The notes under the pieces are model-generated. The model did not search any database. It saw only the letters and a program-made list of their open reading frames with translations, and had not been told where the DNA came from. A program made the position numbers and the translations under genes. A stretch of 64,000 bases of DNA from Auanema rhodensis (lineage: Eukaryota > Animalia > Nematoda): the NCBI GenBank assembly GCA_964057225.1, contig OZ059896.1:14756001-14820000 (forward strand), written 5' to 3'. This document shows, one piece after another, positions 40,901 to 54,318 of this stretch (its first letter is position 1; each line of letters opens with the position of its first letter).

Positions 40901-43900
40901 CGTTTTCATGATTTGACTATCACATATAAGTATCTTTAATCATATATATTAGTCATTTTAATTATTTCTTTAATCCTCTTTTTCGTTGTTTCTTACAAAT
41001 TTTTCAATTTTCTTCAGTGTTATCATTTGTATCTTTATAATAGTAAGTGAGAAAGAAAATATTGAAAAGTTGAAAAATATTGAAGTAAAATGAGAATTAA
41101 AAAAGAAAAACAACAGATTAATAATTTCCACAAAAATATCTCATTTTTATTGAAATTTGATCATTTTTTCCTGTATACAGTATATTCAATTTAGTTTATT
41201 CCATTTTAATTTCATTATAATTCCAACTTATTTTTCACAAATAACCTCATAACACAGATATCAGATACAGATACACCAGCAGCATGTATAGCTAACTAAC
41301 TATTCACATCTTTCTATTCTATACTATATTTATTATTTAATAATTATAATTATAATCTTATACATATACAATCTATCATATACGATGCTTAGTAGTCACA
41401 GCTTCTGTCTTCTCGCTGTATCTATCTTGCACTAGCCCCCACCACACCTTGCAATACTTTTCTCTGATGACACAGAGATAGAGTAGATGATTGCATAGAG
41501 CTGGATTCTAATGACCATGATCAGTTGATTTTTCATTAACTTAACCGTCATCTAATCCTTATACGCAGCTGCTATACACAACGTTTTTTAAATTTTTGCC
41601 TGCTTCAGCGTTATCGTGATAAAGGGTATGATAAAGCTGATGGCGGTTTTATAGTCCGGACTACCTGACGCTAGCCTGATCAATGTCCAACAGCTGAAGA
41701 AAAGTATAAATGCCCTTGAAAATGTAGCGGATAAAGTATTATTCGAAGTTATAGTTAAATATTAGTTTTAAAACATATAACACATGCAGATGTTCATTAT
41801 TATTTCCCATTTTCGAAACTTTTAACACAAAAATGTGTTGTTCTTTCTCTCTCACTCCTTCTCTCTTTCTTTCTTTTTCTCACTCTCTCTCACTATTTAT
41901 TATATTGTCCACAAAGAGAGAGAAAGAAAGAGAGAAAAATAGAAACAAAACGTATATGTGCTACTTTATACCAGTTTAAACATAATGACCTTGTGTGCAA
42001 CTATTGTATAATCGTCATATCAGTAGTGATTGGGGGGGGGGGGCCGGAACTTAAGAAAATGAAATGTGTTGTTTTGACAGCCACTTCATATTTTTATCTT
42101 TTTTTCATCACATTTCGCTATTGCAGTTTGATGTCCATAACCAAACAGCGGTTTTCTCCAGTCGTTATAAGCGATTTTCTGTCAGAAAATCATGATTTTC
42201 CGCATTAGCTCACCTTTGCTGATGATGGCGAGTGTTGACAGAGATTAGGATGTTGATTGAGACGTCAGATGAACGGCAGCGAACAAGATGAAACAGTTCT
42301 TCTCGTCTATCACCTTGTTGCTCCCATTTCTCCCATACTTCGTCTGCCTTGTTCACGTTCTAGGGTGTCCTCGATCTTTTCCAAAGTTTTTTTTCTCATT
42401 CTATATCTAGCTGCCGTTCTTGTCTGTAACTGTAGATAAACTGCAAAGCTAAATTCAATCACTGATAACCTTCTCTTCTCTATAGGATGAGAGAGAGAAA
42501 GAGAGAGAACTGAACGAAAGACATCGAAGATATTTTATTGAGCTCCAATCCTCTATTACGGGGTTAGAAATAGAAACTGTAAGTTGCAATAGCACATATC
42601 ATATGAGACGCAGAGGTCTCATATGATAAAATGGGAGAGATAAAAGAGTGAGCTCGGGGGTTTATGAAGGTGAAAGCAAAAGAAAAGAAACAGAATAGAC
42701 GAGAATGTGGTACTCCGTGAACAGCAAGATAACAGACATCGCTAAGACCATGTTTGTGTGTTCCCCTTCCCGCCTCGTTTCAATTTCTCTTTCTATCTCT
42801 TTCTCTCTTCTTCACTCTCTCTCTTTCTGTCTTTTTCTTTCCCTCTCTATTATAGTTTTCTTTATTATCTTTTTATGTATAGATTTGTATCTTTCTAATC
42901 TGAAATATATTTATATTCATAAGAAGAAAAAATACAGCGCAATCAGCTTCTGTTTTCCAGAGAAACAATATAAGATGTTCATTGTTTCCATCCTTATTGC
43001 TTTCTAATAATGTTTGAATTAAATTATTTTGTTCTTTATATTGCTGAAAGACCAAAATGATAAGTTTTTCAATATATTTTCCTACATCATAGTGGTTGAA
43101 TGAAAATGAAAGAAATTTCATCATCTGATCAAAGATTTTTATGATCTTTACTTCAATATTTGATATCATATTGATGAAAAAAAAAGAAAATAAAGACAAT
43201 TTTCTCTTAATATCACTCAAATAGGATGAATATCATTTCTTAAAAAAGTTCAATGGCCATGCTCTGCTTGTCTTCGTTGATTATTTTCGCATAATCCGCC
43301 AGAAACGTATCAGCTTAGAAGAGAAACATTAGAAACATGCTTATGACCCGTTTTCTTGTACAACGTAGTTATCACTCTATCCGGTACTGGGTATTGGCTT
43401 TATCAGAACTCATTCTGCCGAACTGAACCGATATTAGCAATACCGCGTCATGAAGATCATCTGTGCGTACCAAACCATGAAAGGGGAGGAGCTGAACTTG
43501 GAGAGACATGAACTACCATTGAGACTGGGTGAGGGAGATTCATGGCTATCAGATTCATAAGACGTCTACTCAACATCAGCACTTCACTATGACCTGAGCT
43601 TGACATTTTTTGATTTCTTGGTCTTATGCAACGCAATCGGCGAAGCCATTTCCGAGAATATAAATGGGACTCGACGCTTGTCGCCGTTGTCGACGTTGAT
43701 GATGATCATGACATTTGTCGGCCATCCGATGTTCAATTTTTATTTTTCATTTTACACTAAACTCAATGTAACTTCAGAAGAAACTATAGCACACAACGAA
43801 GTAACTTCATTAGAAACATTCCGCAATCACAATCAATTTCCTTAAATTGTTTCTGTATCTGTGTATCTGTCATCATTCTATTCACTTCTTCATGCTTTGA

Positions 43901-46589
43901 CTGTCATGATTCTTTCGTCTTTTTCACTTTTTTCTTTCTGTCTGTGCTTGCTTACTCAGTTCGTTCATGAAGTCGTTGTGTGTTTGAATAATTTGCTCAA
44001 TACATTCAGCAGTCTTGTCTTATGAGAATCTCTATATCCAAAACTTATTCCCAAAACACATCTTCCGTTTTTCAAGAAGTTTCTTTGATTTAAACTTAAT
44101 TATACTACTAAGTAATTAAGATAATAATCTTTAAATATAGATATAACATACAAATACATATCAATTGGAAAAAATGTTTTTTTTTCACAAATTAACAAAA
44201 TGTTTTCCTTCTTATCGTTTCATACATCAGATACATTTCTATTTTAATAGTTTCATTTTTTTTCATAAAAGCAACCGTTCTCTTCATTTAAAAAATAAGA
44301 AATAATTTCTATATGCTAATGAGATATTTAAATTTAAAATTATGTACTTCATGTGTCTACGTGACATTTACTATGACTATTTTAGTATTTAAAAATAGTT
44401 AAATGTTATTAAACGAGAAACAGGTAAAGTATACGTAAAAGAGAGAAAATAATAATTATTAATATGGTTAATCAGCATCCATATTGTTATCTTTCATCTC
44501 AAATGTTTTATTTATTTTTTATTTTTTTTAAATTCATTTGTATACATTATATACATACATGACTATTCATTCACAAACCCACACACACACACACACACAC
44601 ATGAACTCATAAGCGTTTAGATACAGATACTTACTCAATAGACATACAAATGAATTCTTCTATTCTTTTTCTTTTTTTTGATAACATAATACGCTTACAT
44701 CTTTGGTCTTAAATTTCTTAATAAGTTTATGTGTTCTTGATTTCTTTATCTAAATCTCATTTCTTCTTCTTTTATTTTAACAAAATTTGATAAATTTAAG
44801 TCAGAAAACTTTGAAAAATTATACTGTTCATGAGTAATAAGATGCAAACGATAGTGAAGAGGCGTTCACGTAATAGAAAATTGATGGAATTTTGAAACTT
44901 CATCATCATATTTTGAAAATTCTCTCATCGCCGTATACGCATATCATTTTAACAATGACCATGATTATTTAATTTTCTGGAAACATCTATTCGGGCAGTG
45001 AGGTGATCTCCGTCTATGCAGTATAAAACGTGTAGTTGTAAGTCCAATTCACCTCATCAACGTATATTCATTCTTTCACCTTTTTCCATATAAAAGTTCT
45101 TTATTCGTCACAATCAACATTTAACTCTCTCTTTCTCTTCGCTCCTCCCTCCTCTTTCTCTCTTTAAATGTATTCAGAACTTTTCTAAACTAATCCGCTT
45201 ATTTCATACATCAATTCAGTTTGAACGTAATCATTTACAAACAATTATGTAAATCGTCACGTTCATGTACTGTTTCCAAAATTGGAATTCCCTTAACTTC
45301 ATTCATCATACCTCATACGATTAGACCCCAAAGTCCAGAAGCCTGAAGGTTACTTATGATATTCAACATCTGAATATATCTATGAATCTTAGCTGGCATG
45401 TTCAACTGCTTCCAAATTTCCTCTTGCGTGCACATCTCTCTCTCTCTCTCTTTATCTCATTTCTTTTTATTTCTCTTTCAAGATATCACAAATTCCTTCT
45501 TATGATCGAATGTTCTTCATTTTTTTCCTATTAACTTTGCTATCCTTGAACTTCTAACAATAAATTTCCAATTTTTCTTTTTTCCGTCAATGATATTTCG
45601 GTCTTTCAATTTTCTATTTTCAACTTTTGAATGTAATATGAATTTTATCTTAAACCACAACATCTCGCAAACTACTGATATTTTAAAGTTTTTTGTTTAC
45701 CTAAATTGAAAGCAGTGATGTTCATCTTCATCCTTTCAACTGTTTTGTTACGAACAAAATAATTTTGTTTGTTTTATATACAACTAATCATCAATGAGAT
45801 CAGATACAAACCTTGATTATCAATTAACAGGCAAGGTAGACCAGACTTATACTGGCGGGACGTTGTATGTTGGTCAAATGTTTCCCTTTCCGTCTTCTCT
45901 CTCCCTCTCTCTTTTTCTCTTCTCTCTTAACTTCTCTGTATAAAGCAAAGAACACACATATTCAACAACAAAACCAAGACGATAACATGGCTTATATTGC
46001 AGACACAAGGAAAAAATCAAAGAGTCAGGGGTTACCCTTGTATGATGATTGTATCTGACTAGGTATATATAGGAAACAGTAAACTCTCTGTTTAGGCTAT
46101 CAATAATGAGAAAGAGCGAGAATGAGAGAGAGAGGGAGAGAGAGGAGGGGAGGGAGAGAAAGGGGAGAGAAGGAAGTGATAAAGAAACAAACAGTCAACA
46201 CTCATTTAGGTGAAGACGAGATGAGGAAAGATATAAAAATAATGCATCAACACTCAGAAATACGATCCGTTATAACCACTCGCAAAGGGCAGGAAATCAG
46301 TTGAATTTTTGAGAAATCGTTCTGAGATGAAATAACGTATCGTTCGAATGATCGTCACACTGTTTCTTCTTCTTCTTCTTCTTCTTCTTCACCTTGTTAA
46401 TCATCATCATCATCAACATCTTCTTCTCTTTCTTCTTCTTCTGCTAGTCTTCATTCCTCTGTATCTTTTCCATTTCTGTTGTCTTATCTTTTACACTGTA
46501 TCGTTGGCTTCTTCATTTCACCGTTACAAACTTTTTTTAATTTGCTTGTTGATCTGGACAACACTTTGCTTTGTAAATTTTCGCTACTC

Positions 46590-46619
46590 TCTCCCTCTCT
46601 TTCTCTCTATCTCTCTCTC

Positions 46620-46660
<41 letters not shown>
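46590..46660. repeat. (CT)n microsatellite
   Basis: Directly visible. Confidence 0.9.
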
Positions 46661-46666
<6 letters not shown>

Positions 46667-47180
46667 ACTCTTTTAAACTTTCTCTCTGTATTCCCATTCG
46701 AACTACAAATAGCTTCTTTATGATTAATGACAAGCTCAAACTTAAGTTTCCCGCACATATAACATAAAGTTATCAAGTATCTTATATCAACATACTAATT
46801 CATTTCTTTTATTGCAAAGTTTTGTTGATGTTTCTTCCAATTTCCATCTTTTTGTTGTCTTCTTTTTTGTATCAAAGTAAATATATTTGAACCATCCTTG
46901 TCCACTCAACAGTTAAAGCTGCTGAAACTGACCCTTAGCCCACCCAGTATGGCGCTTTTGGCTGCTTAATCATCATAGATCATATGATTTGTTTTCTATT
47001 ATTCTTAAAGATCATTCATCCTAGCATGAAACTTTGTAATGCTTAAGGCGATTATGCAGTATTCTTGTGAATTCATCAACCTCAAGCTTATAGTATCATG
47101 TATTCAGTATGAACTAGTATCAGAAATAGAAAGAGATAGAGAAAAGAGAGAGAGCGAGGTAGAGAGTAAGAGAGAGACAT

Positions 47181-47211
<31 letters not shown>

Positions 47212-48249
47212 TACAAAGAGAATAAGTGAAAGAGAGAGATAGAAACGATTACACTTGCCAACTAGTCTGACCTTCTTAGGAAATCTTCAATTCAAATTTG
47301 TGTATTCACAATACAATCATATTTAAAATAGTTATGATCTTCTTTTCATTTTTCCGACACTACCCTACCAGATACATCACTAACTATGCCAATAGTATAT
47401 AACAATAGTAAATATGTTTGAAAGTATTACTTTGCTTTAATGCTCTACAAGGTTGTTATCTTTGCAAATTCATATAGTTGAGCATTTCTGCAACTGTTAT
47501 AATTCCTCATTCTTTTCCATTTCCACTCCCATATACTTAATCTCTATAATCATAATCAGATGATTATTTTTCTCTTTTTCTTCCAATTTAACTGAGAAAT
47601 ATGATATTTTTGCTTAAACTATCGCTTGAATTTCTGAGAGGGGAAGCTTGAACCTTGAAAAATTCTCTTCATTTCCTACTATAGACTTTATCTGTTCCGT
47701 CTGTCTTTATCTTCGCCACGTCTTGCTGCATTCCTCTGTCCCGAGTTTAACTCTCTCTCTCTCAAGGATCGCTCCTGTATTACTACCGATTGTCATGAGC
47801 TGTAGCTTAAGTATCTGATTATTCATTTGTCTGTTTTCCCTCCATATGTTATCATTCCTTATTCAATGTTCATTTCTCATTGTTTCTTCGGATTTATTCA
47901 TTCAACCCAAGTTGAAACTACAATATTGTCATTTTATTATCAAATAACTAACTATTTCATTTCAGGAATATATATTGCAAATTTCAATTGAAATAGCATA
48001 TAAGGAGTGATTGGAAGTAATCGTTGTTCAGTTGCAAATCACCTCTTCCTCTGTATATCACCAACTATCCATAACATCGTCGTCGTCAGTTGTTGCTGTT
48101 GAAAGACTTTGTATAGACTTTTTCAACCAAAACAGTACCTCTCCCACTCCTCTACGCTCTTCTGATTCTCTGTCTGTATTCCTCGTTTCAACAATTTCTA
48201 CCCATATCTGTAATTTCATTCAGTATATAATCTTTTCCATCTATTAAAC

Positions 48250-48353
48250 ATGGATTTTGATTATTATAATGACGATATTATGAGCGATTCATATGATTAT
48301 ATGGAACAGAAGGCCAGTGTCTCATCTCAACAGAAAATCGTCAAAGTAACAAG
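48250..48353 (+). CDS. Putative distal first coding exon of the nuclear receptor at 54319-57384
   Basis: The ATG-initiated frame MDFDYYNDDIMSDSYDYMEQKASVSSQQKIVKVT(R) ends at a near-consensus donor AAG|GTGAGT in phase 2. The acceptor at 54318 (TCTTACAG|G TAT CCT TTG) also needs phase 2, so the join is in frame. An acceptor-like TTCATTCAG (possible trans-splice site) ends at 48223. Confidence 0.6.
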
Positions 48354-51300
48354 GTGAGTTCAGCATGCTCTACATCAGATTAAATACACGTTTTACTTCA
48401 AAAACATGCTCTTTGCACTCGTATCACTATTCGAAAATCTTCTTCTCTCACATATGTACAAGTGCTATCACTAACGTTTGTCCTTCTTACGTGATAAAGT
48501 TTTTCATTTACCAAGCTTCAAATCCTAATTCCGAGTTTTCGTTCAAACATTTTCTTAAACGTTCTCAGCTTTTCTTAACATTTTTTTGCTTTTCAGTTTT
48601 TGAGATTAATTAATTGTATCTTTTCCGTTAATCATTGGCATATCAGAAGCCGTTCGAGCTCATAAATCGTTATTCACATTAATGTCATCTATATTATCTT
48701 TAATAAGGCAATTTTTTATCTCTTTTTCTCAATCTCTCTTCATTTTCTTCTTTTCTTCTTATTCTTTTCATTTTTTTCAATATTTTATAGTTTTATATAA
48801 TCTTCTTTTATGACATATTGAAAGTTCAAAAGGTGAAGCAGCTGAAATCAAATTTCTTAAAGAAATCAAAAACTTGCATCTGCCGCCAATGAAAAATGAT
48901 AAAACATTGAGTGAAGATTAACTTCACTTATTGACTGTGTAAGTAAAGAATGGAAGTTTTTTTCATGTTAATCACAGTCTGATAACGTAGTGCAAACGCA
49001 TTTCTGATGAGTTATGCGTTCTTAGGCCTTATGATCCTGTTCTTCTACAACAGATCAATTTTTATTGTATTATTTATATAAGTTTCAACACATTTTATGC
49101 AAATTTTGAAACTTTTTTTTCAACTTTGAAGGCGTAAAGAAGAATAGAATAATCCTCTTATTTTGCATGTTCTAGTTGTACATATCTAGTCTAAAGAACA
49201 TATTTCAATAACTCATATTATATAGTTTATATAATACTAGTAAATAGACTAGAAATATACATCTGAATATGTTATTTCATTTGATAACTAACTTTAAAAA
49301 CTTTGATATAATACAAAGAATTAGCTATAGCAATTGCTAACTGATGCTTACTGTTCGTTTTCTGTTCATATCAAATAGTTATATTTGATTAGCTAAACGA
49401 AAAATGGCTGAAATTTGAAGAGAAAATGTGCATAGCTCAAGCTATACATTCTACATTATCGCTTCGATTGCCAACAAGAATATTTCAAATTGTATCTCTC
49501 TTTTTATCGAGTATTGCTTCAGAAAAAGTCGAAAATACTGTTAAGATTCTGATAAGGCTTAGCTTTCTTTTGTATTCAGCAGCCATTGATGATTCTAAAG
49601 GTAGTTTTACGTCATGTTCAAGTAGCAAAGTCATATAATGTGTTCAATATCATTTACGACCTCCATACGAGAAAAAGAGAAGATTAGCATGAAAACATTT
49701 AAGTTTTCATTCTCTCCTTCTTTGACATTTTAATTGATATTTTAATGTTTTAAAATCATTTTTAATCATATTTCATCATTAGCATATTAGCAATTAACGT
49801 GATGTACACCTACCTACTTCTAAAACACTTACGTGTGTGTATACATCATCACAATGTCATTACAAACTATATATGAACGGTTGTGCTTACACTTCTTCTC
49901 ATGATTTCCTTTAAATATTTTCTAGTTCAAGTTTAAAACTTTAAACTATATATATATATAGTATGGTTTATTGTTAATATCATGAACAACATTGATTATA
50001 ACTAAATTTTTGAATTGTTGCTTCTTTGATTTTGAACATGAAATATAGCATTAAACCTGATCAGGTGGTTGTATGATGTATTGACGTAAGGAATGAAGAA
50101 GTAAAATTGTCTTTGTTAAGATCAAGAAACAATCTTTTTGATTATAAGAAGTTACATGACCTTTCTTGCCTAATTTGTACTTTTAATTTAGGAATTTTTA
50201 GGAAATTCACGTGTTCTTTTAAGTTTTACTTGTTTTGCCTTTCACCTCCAATCAAAATCTTAATCGAATTATTAATGAGAAAATTACAGCAAAAGTTAGT
50301 ACTTTAAAACTCTTTTTCTTCTATTTTTGTTTCCCGAGCTTTGTTGCAAGTCAATTTATTAATTGCGAAAAATCTCACTTTTCATTTATTTTACTATTTA
50401 TAAACATATCTACCAAGGAAGAGAAAGAGAGAGAGAGACAGAGAGAAAGGTGAGAGAGAGACAGAGAGAAAGGTGAGAGAGAGGGAGAGAAGATACATAC
50501 CGACGAGAGTTAAGAGATTTAGATTTAGAAAAAAATAGAGAACTGGAGAAAGAAACAATCAGGGGCTAGCAGAACAGGTTTTTGCTTTTTCTTTTCTGCC
50601 AAATTTGAACTAGGAATGGTGAGACGACATGCTCGTCAATATTGATAGAAATAGATTAAACGAGGAAAAGATAGAGAGAAGGGAGACAAAATACCAAAAA
50701 GGTATGGCTAAACCGTAGAAGAAGCGAAGTAGAAAAAGAGAAAGAGAGAGAGAGAGAGAAAGATGAAGAAAGTAAGAGGGAGAATGAGATAGATGTCTAT
50801 CTCTTGGTTGTCATCTAACTAATGAACCTGTACATGCTCGGACCCCACCACGATATTTTCCTAACCGTTCTCTGACTATCCAGAATATGTACGTATCCAA
50901 CGCTAGATCCAACTAAACTAGAAATAGAAACCAAAATCCTTCAAATTGACGTTCCATAATTGCTTCTATCCATATTATTCTGCAGAAGTGTCATCGTTCA
51001 TTTCAAAATTCTTAAGCTGATTCTCATGTATCATATTAACTTCCACCATTGTTTCCGTTTCACGGCCGATCAATCATAATAATTTGTCTCTGCTTTCCTT
51101 CTATCCAACGTTGATTCCCAACATACAGGAGGCTACAAGATGCTGACAACGTTTTACTTTCATTTCCTTAGCAATTCAAAACAAAAACATATCCTGCACA
51201 ATCCAACATCCGAATCTGAATTAGACTGTCGAGACTGCTGACCAACTTTCTTACTTCACTACTTCTCTTTTCCTTTTTTTTTCAAAATTTTCGATTAATC

Positions 51301-52932
51301 GAGCACACAGTGATCTATAACCTATCATAAACAGGTTTCAGAGCCACATCATTCTGTTCTTTGTGCTACAATGTCTGACCAATCAGTGAGCAAAATGAAT
51401 TCAGATGGTTGTCATAGTTCAAAATTGGAAATGCATCAATAATCATCATCTTAACGAAAAATTCAAATTGATTTGTCAAAGTTCAAAAAATTAAAAGTTC
51501 AAGCTTGACTTTATCTTTGAATTCAAAGCAAGCTTAAGTAGTTCTTCTTGCTATTCTCTGATTAACTAAGAGTATCCAATGCCCTATACACGTTTCTCTC
51601 TGCTCTTCTAATAGTCTTCTCAAACTGTCTTTCTCCACGTTTCTTAGTATCATCATCTTACTTTCTATCTATCGAAATGAATGTTTAATGATCAGAGTGG
51701 CAACAAAGCTAATCAGTTTGATAACTGATAATGAGTCTTCTGTTTCAAAAATTTTGCTCTTTTCTTATGGTCATTGCTTAAAGAAAGATTGTAGCCTCTT
51801 AGATTTTCAAGAGAGAAACAAAGCAGAGAGGGGAGCAGTTGTGTCCAAAACAACAGATTTTCTTTGCAAACTGATAAGTCGGAACGCGGAAATCAACAGG
51901 AAATTATGATAGCTTCATCTAACTAAACCACGTTTTTCCTATCTAATCAGTATTTAACTATTGAACTATTAAACTACAAAACTTGATTATGTATATATAA
52001 AAAAAAGTTTTTTTAAGTTTAAAATGTTGTTTATAAGATTAAATGACATTGGTAATGACAAACTTAGATTTTTCATTTAAAATAATAATGAATGAAAGAA
52101 AAAATAATGAAGAAGATAGATGTTAGGAACGAGACGAATATGACGTATCTATAGTACCTACCTATCTACCTATGTATATCTCATATTAGCTTAACATTGT
52201 CCACTTTGTTGCTGCGACAAAGTCAAGAGTGACCTGATGACTGAAAACAGAAAAAAACGACGAAAAATGGTTCGTTTCTCTATGTCATGACTCCATTCTC
52301 TCTTTCTCTCTCAATCTCTCTTACGCTCTTTCTGTCTTTCAATCTCCTTTATTCACTTTGATTTTCCGTCTTTACCTCTGTCTCACCCTCTCAATGTTTA
52401 CCTTTTTGTTTTCGAAATACCACGGAAGAAAAAAAGAAAAAGAAAGTCTGATGTGTAAGCTCGAATTGAGCTATTCACCGACCTTTTTCATTGAAATGGA
52501 TTCCAATCCCATTTCTCTGTTATCAGTTTTTCTCGGATATTTCATTCTTTTAACTATGCTATTCGAATTCTTGTCACCTTTCCAGCATTGTTCTTGGCTT
52601 TTTTGTTCCTTTCACATTCTTCCAGATTTTCCATCGTTTTCGCTGAAATTAGCTGTGATAGGTAACGAAGTGTCCACAATACTTTGCTATCAATATCGAT
52701 TTTTATAAATTTATTCTCATTTTCTCTCTTTCTTTCTCTTTCTTTCTCTCTCTTTCTTTCTATATCACTTCTCCCTCTTTATTTCTGTTTTCCTTCTTCA
52801 TATACGTCTTCTCCTTCTTCTTCTTTCTTTGCCAACTATTTGATAACTTGTCCTAGTGTGTAGTTCTAAATGATATTACTGAATGAGAATGGCATTATTT
52901 TCCTTTTATAATATATATTTTTTTCATTTCCC

Positions 52933-52935
<3 letters not shown>

Positions 52936-52979
<44 letters not shown>

Positions 52980-52986
52980 TCTCTCT
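52936..52986. repeat. (CT)n microsatellite
   Basis: Directly visible. Confidence 0.9.
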
Positions 52987-53610
52987 AATTCTCTCTTAAC
53001 CTGCTTGCATCATCTTACTTATGTATATCAAGCGCGTATACGTAAATGTGCTCCGTTTTAGAAGTATCTTTCCTTCTTTTTTTTTACAGAGAAAGGATTA
53101 TATTTTTTATATCAGAACTGTCGTCAACTGCCTTTCTTTTTAAATATAAAAATAGTAAATTTTCTTAAAATGATCCATTAAACAACTTGATATTCTTTTC
53201 TTTCTGCTTTACTGCTCCCCCCCCCCCATCTCTCTCCATTTCTCTCTCTTTCTCTCACTTTCCCTACTCTTTTCCTATCAATTTCTAGCTTAATTTTAGC
53301 ATCATATTTATTTGTCTCTGTTCTAATTAGTTTTCAAAACCTTTAGTGTATTTCAAAGAAAAATATTTAATTTTGAAACTTTTTGTTTCGAAAATTTAAA
53401 TTTTTATAAGAAGATTGTATGAATATGGTTAGCATTAATAGTAAAATAAAAATTGGGAATATCAGGTTGCACCAGTAGTTCCATGTATATGATCGCTTAC
53501 CTTTCCATATCACCTCTCTCCTCTTGTTATCACCAATCTCTCCTTTGCTGTGATGTTTCTGCCATTTGCTTCCTTTAGACGACTGGGAGACCATATTGTC
53601 TGTCTTTGGC

Positions 53611-53614
<4 letters not shown>

Positions 53615-53663
<49 letters not shown>
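53615..53663. repeat. Pure (TA)n microsatellite
   Basis: Directly visible; it explains the YIYIYI ORFs on both strands. Confidence 0.95.
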
Positions 53664-53666
<3 letters not shown>

Positions 53667-54318
53667 TGTAAGAATAAAAGAGAGATTGAGAGGGAGAGAG
53701 AGAGAGAGAAATAGGTCTGCACATGTATGTCCTGTGTGTACTCCAAACAGCGAGATATTCGTTTCAGCTCTTCCTATCTCTACTATCGAGAGCCATTTTT
53801 AAATGTTTCTATTTTCCGCCTAAAATTGAAATATTCTTTTCTCTACCATTGTCATGTCAAGTACTTTTCATTATATTTTATTATATAATTTCAGTTATTT
53901 AACATGTATCATACTATCATATTAGCTTTGTTAACTTATTTCTTTTTTCTAAAATTAAAAACAAAATTCCATTTTTCATGTTATATGTATGTATGTGTAC
54001 GTGTACGTGTGTCTGAGTATGTGGTGATCTAGATCTTTTTGTAATAATAGCTCAATCAGTCATATCATTTTATCTCAATAATATATCAGTGATGAATGCA
54101 AGGTCATTTACAAACAAGAAAGTCTCAGTTTCTTACTTGTTTTCTTCAGTCTATTAACTGCCAAATGTCTTTGAATTTTTGAATTTTCTCCAAGTTTTAC
54201 CGTTCATAACAGCAGCCTCGATTGATCTCATCTCTCACCCTCGCTCTCATTCAAAACCTCACGTTTTCTATCTAATTTTAGTTTATAATCTATTTCATCT
54301 TATATGATTTTCTTACAG

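Noticed and set aside
43250-43800. GC-richer patch with short frames such as MKIICAYQTMKGEELNLERHELPLRLGEGDSWLSDS, considered as a retroelement relic
   Set aside because: No recognisable endonuclease or reverse transcriptase motif, and no terminal repeats. It is kept only as a possible regulatory patch.
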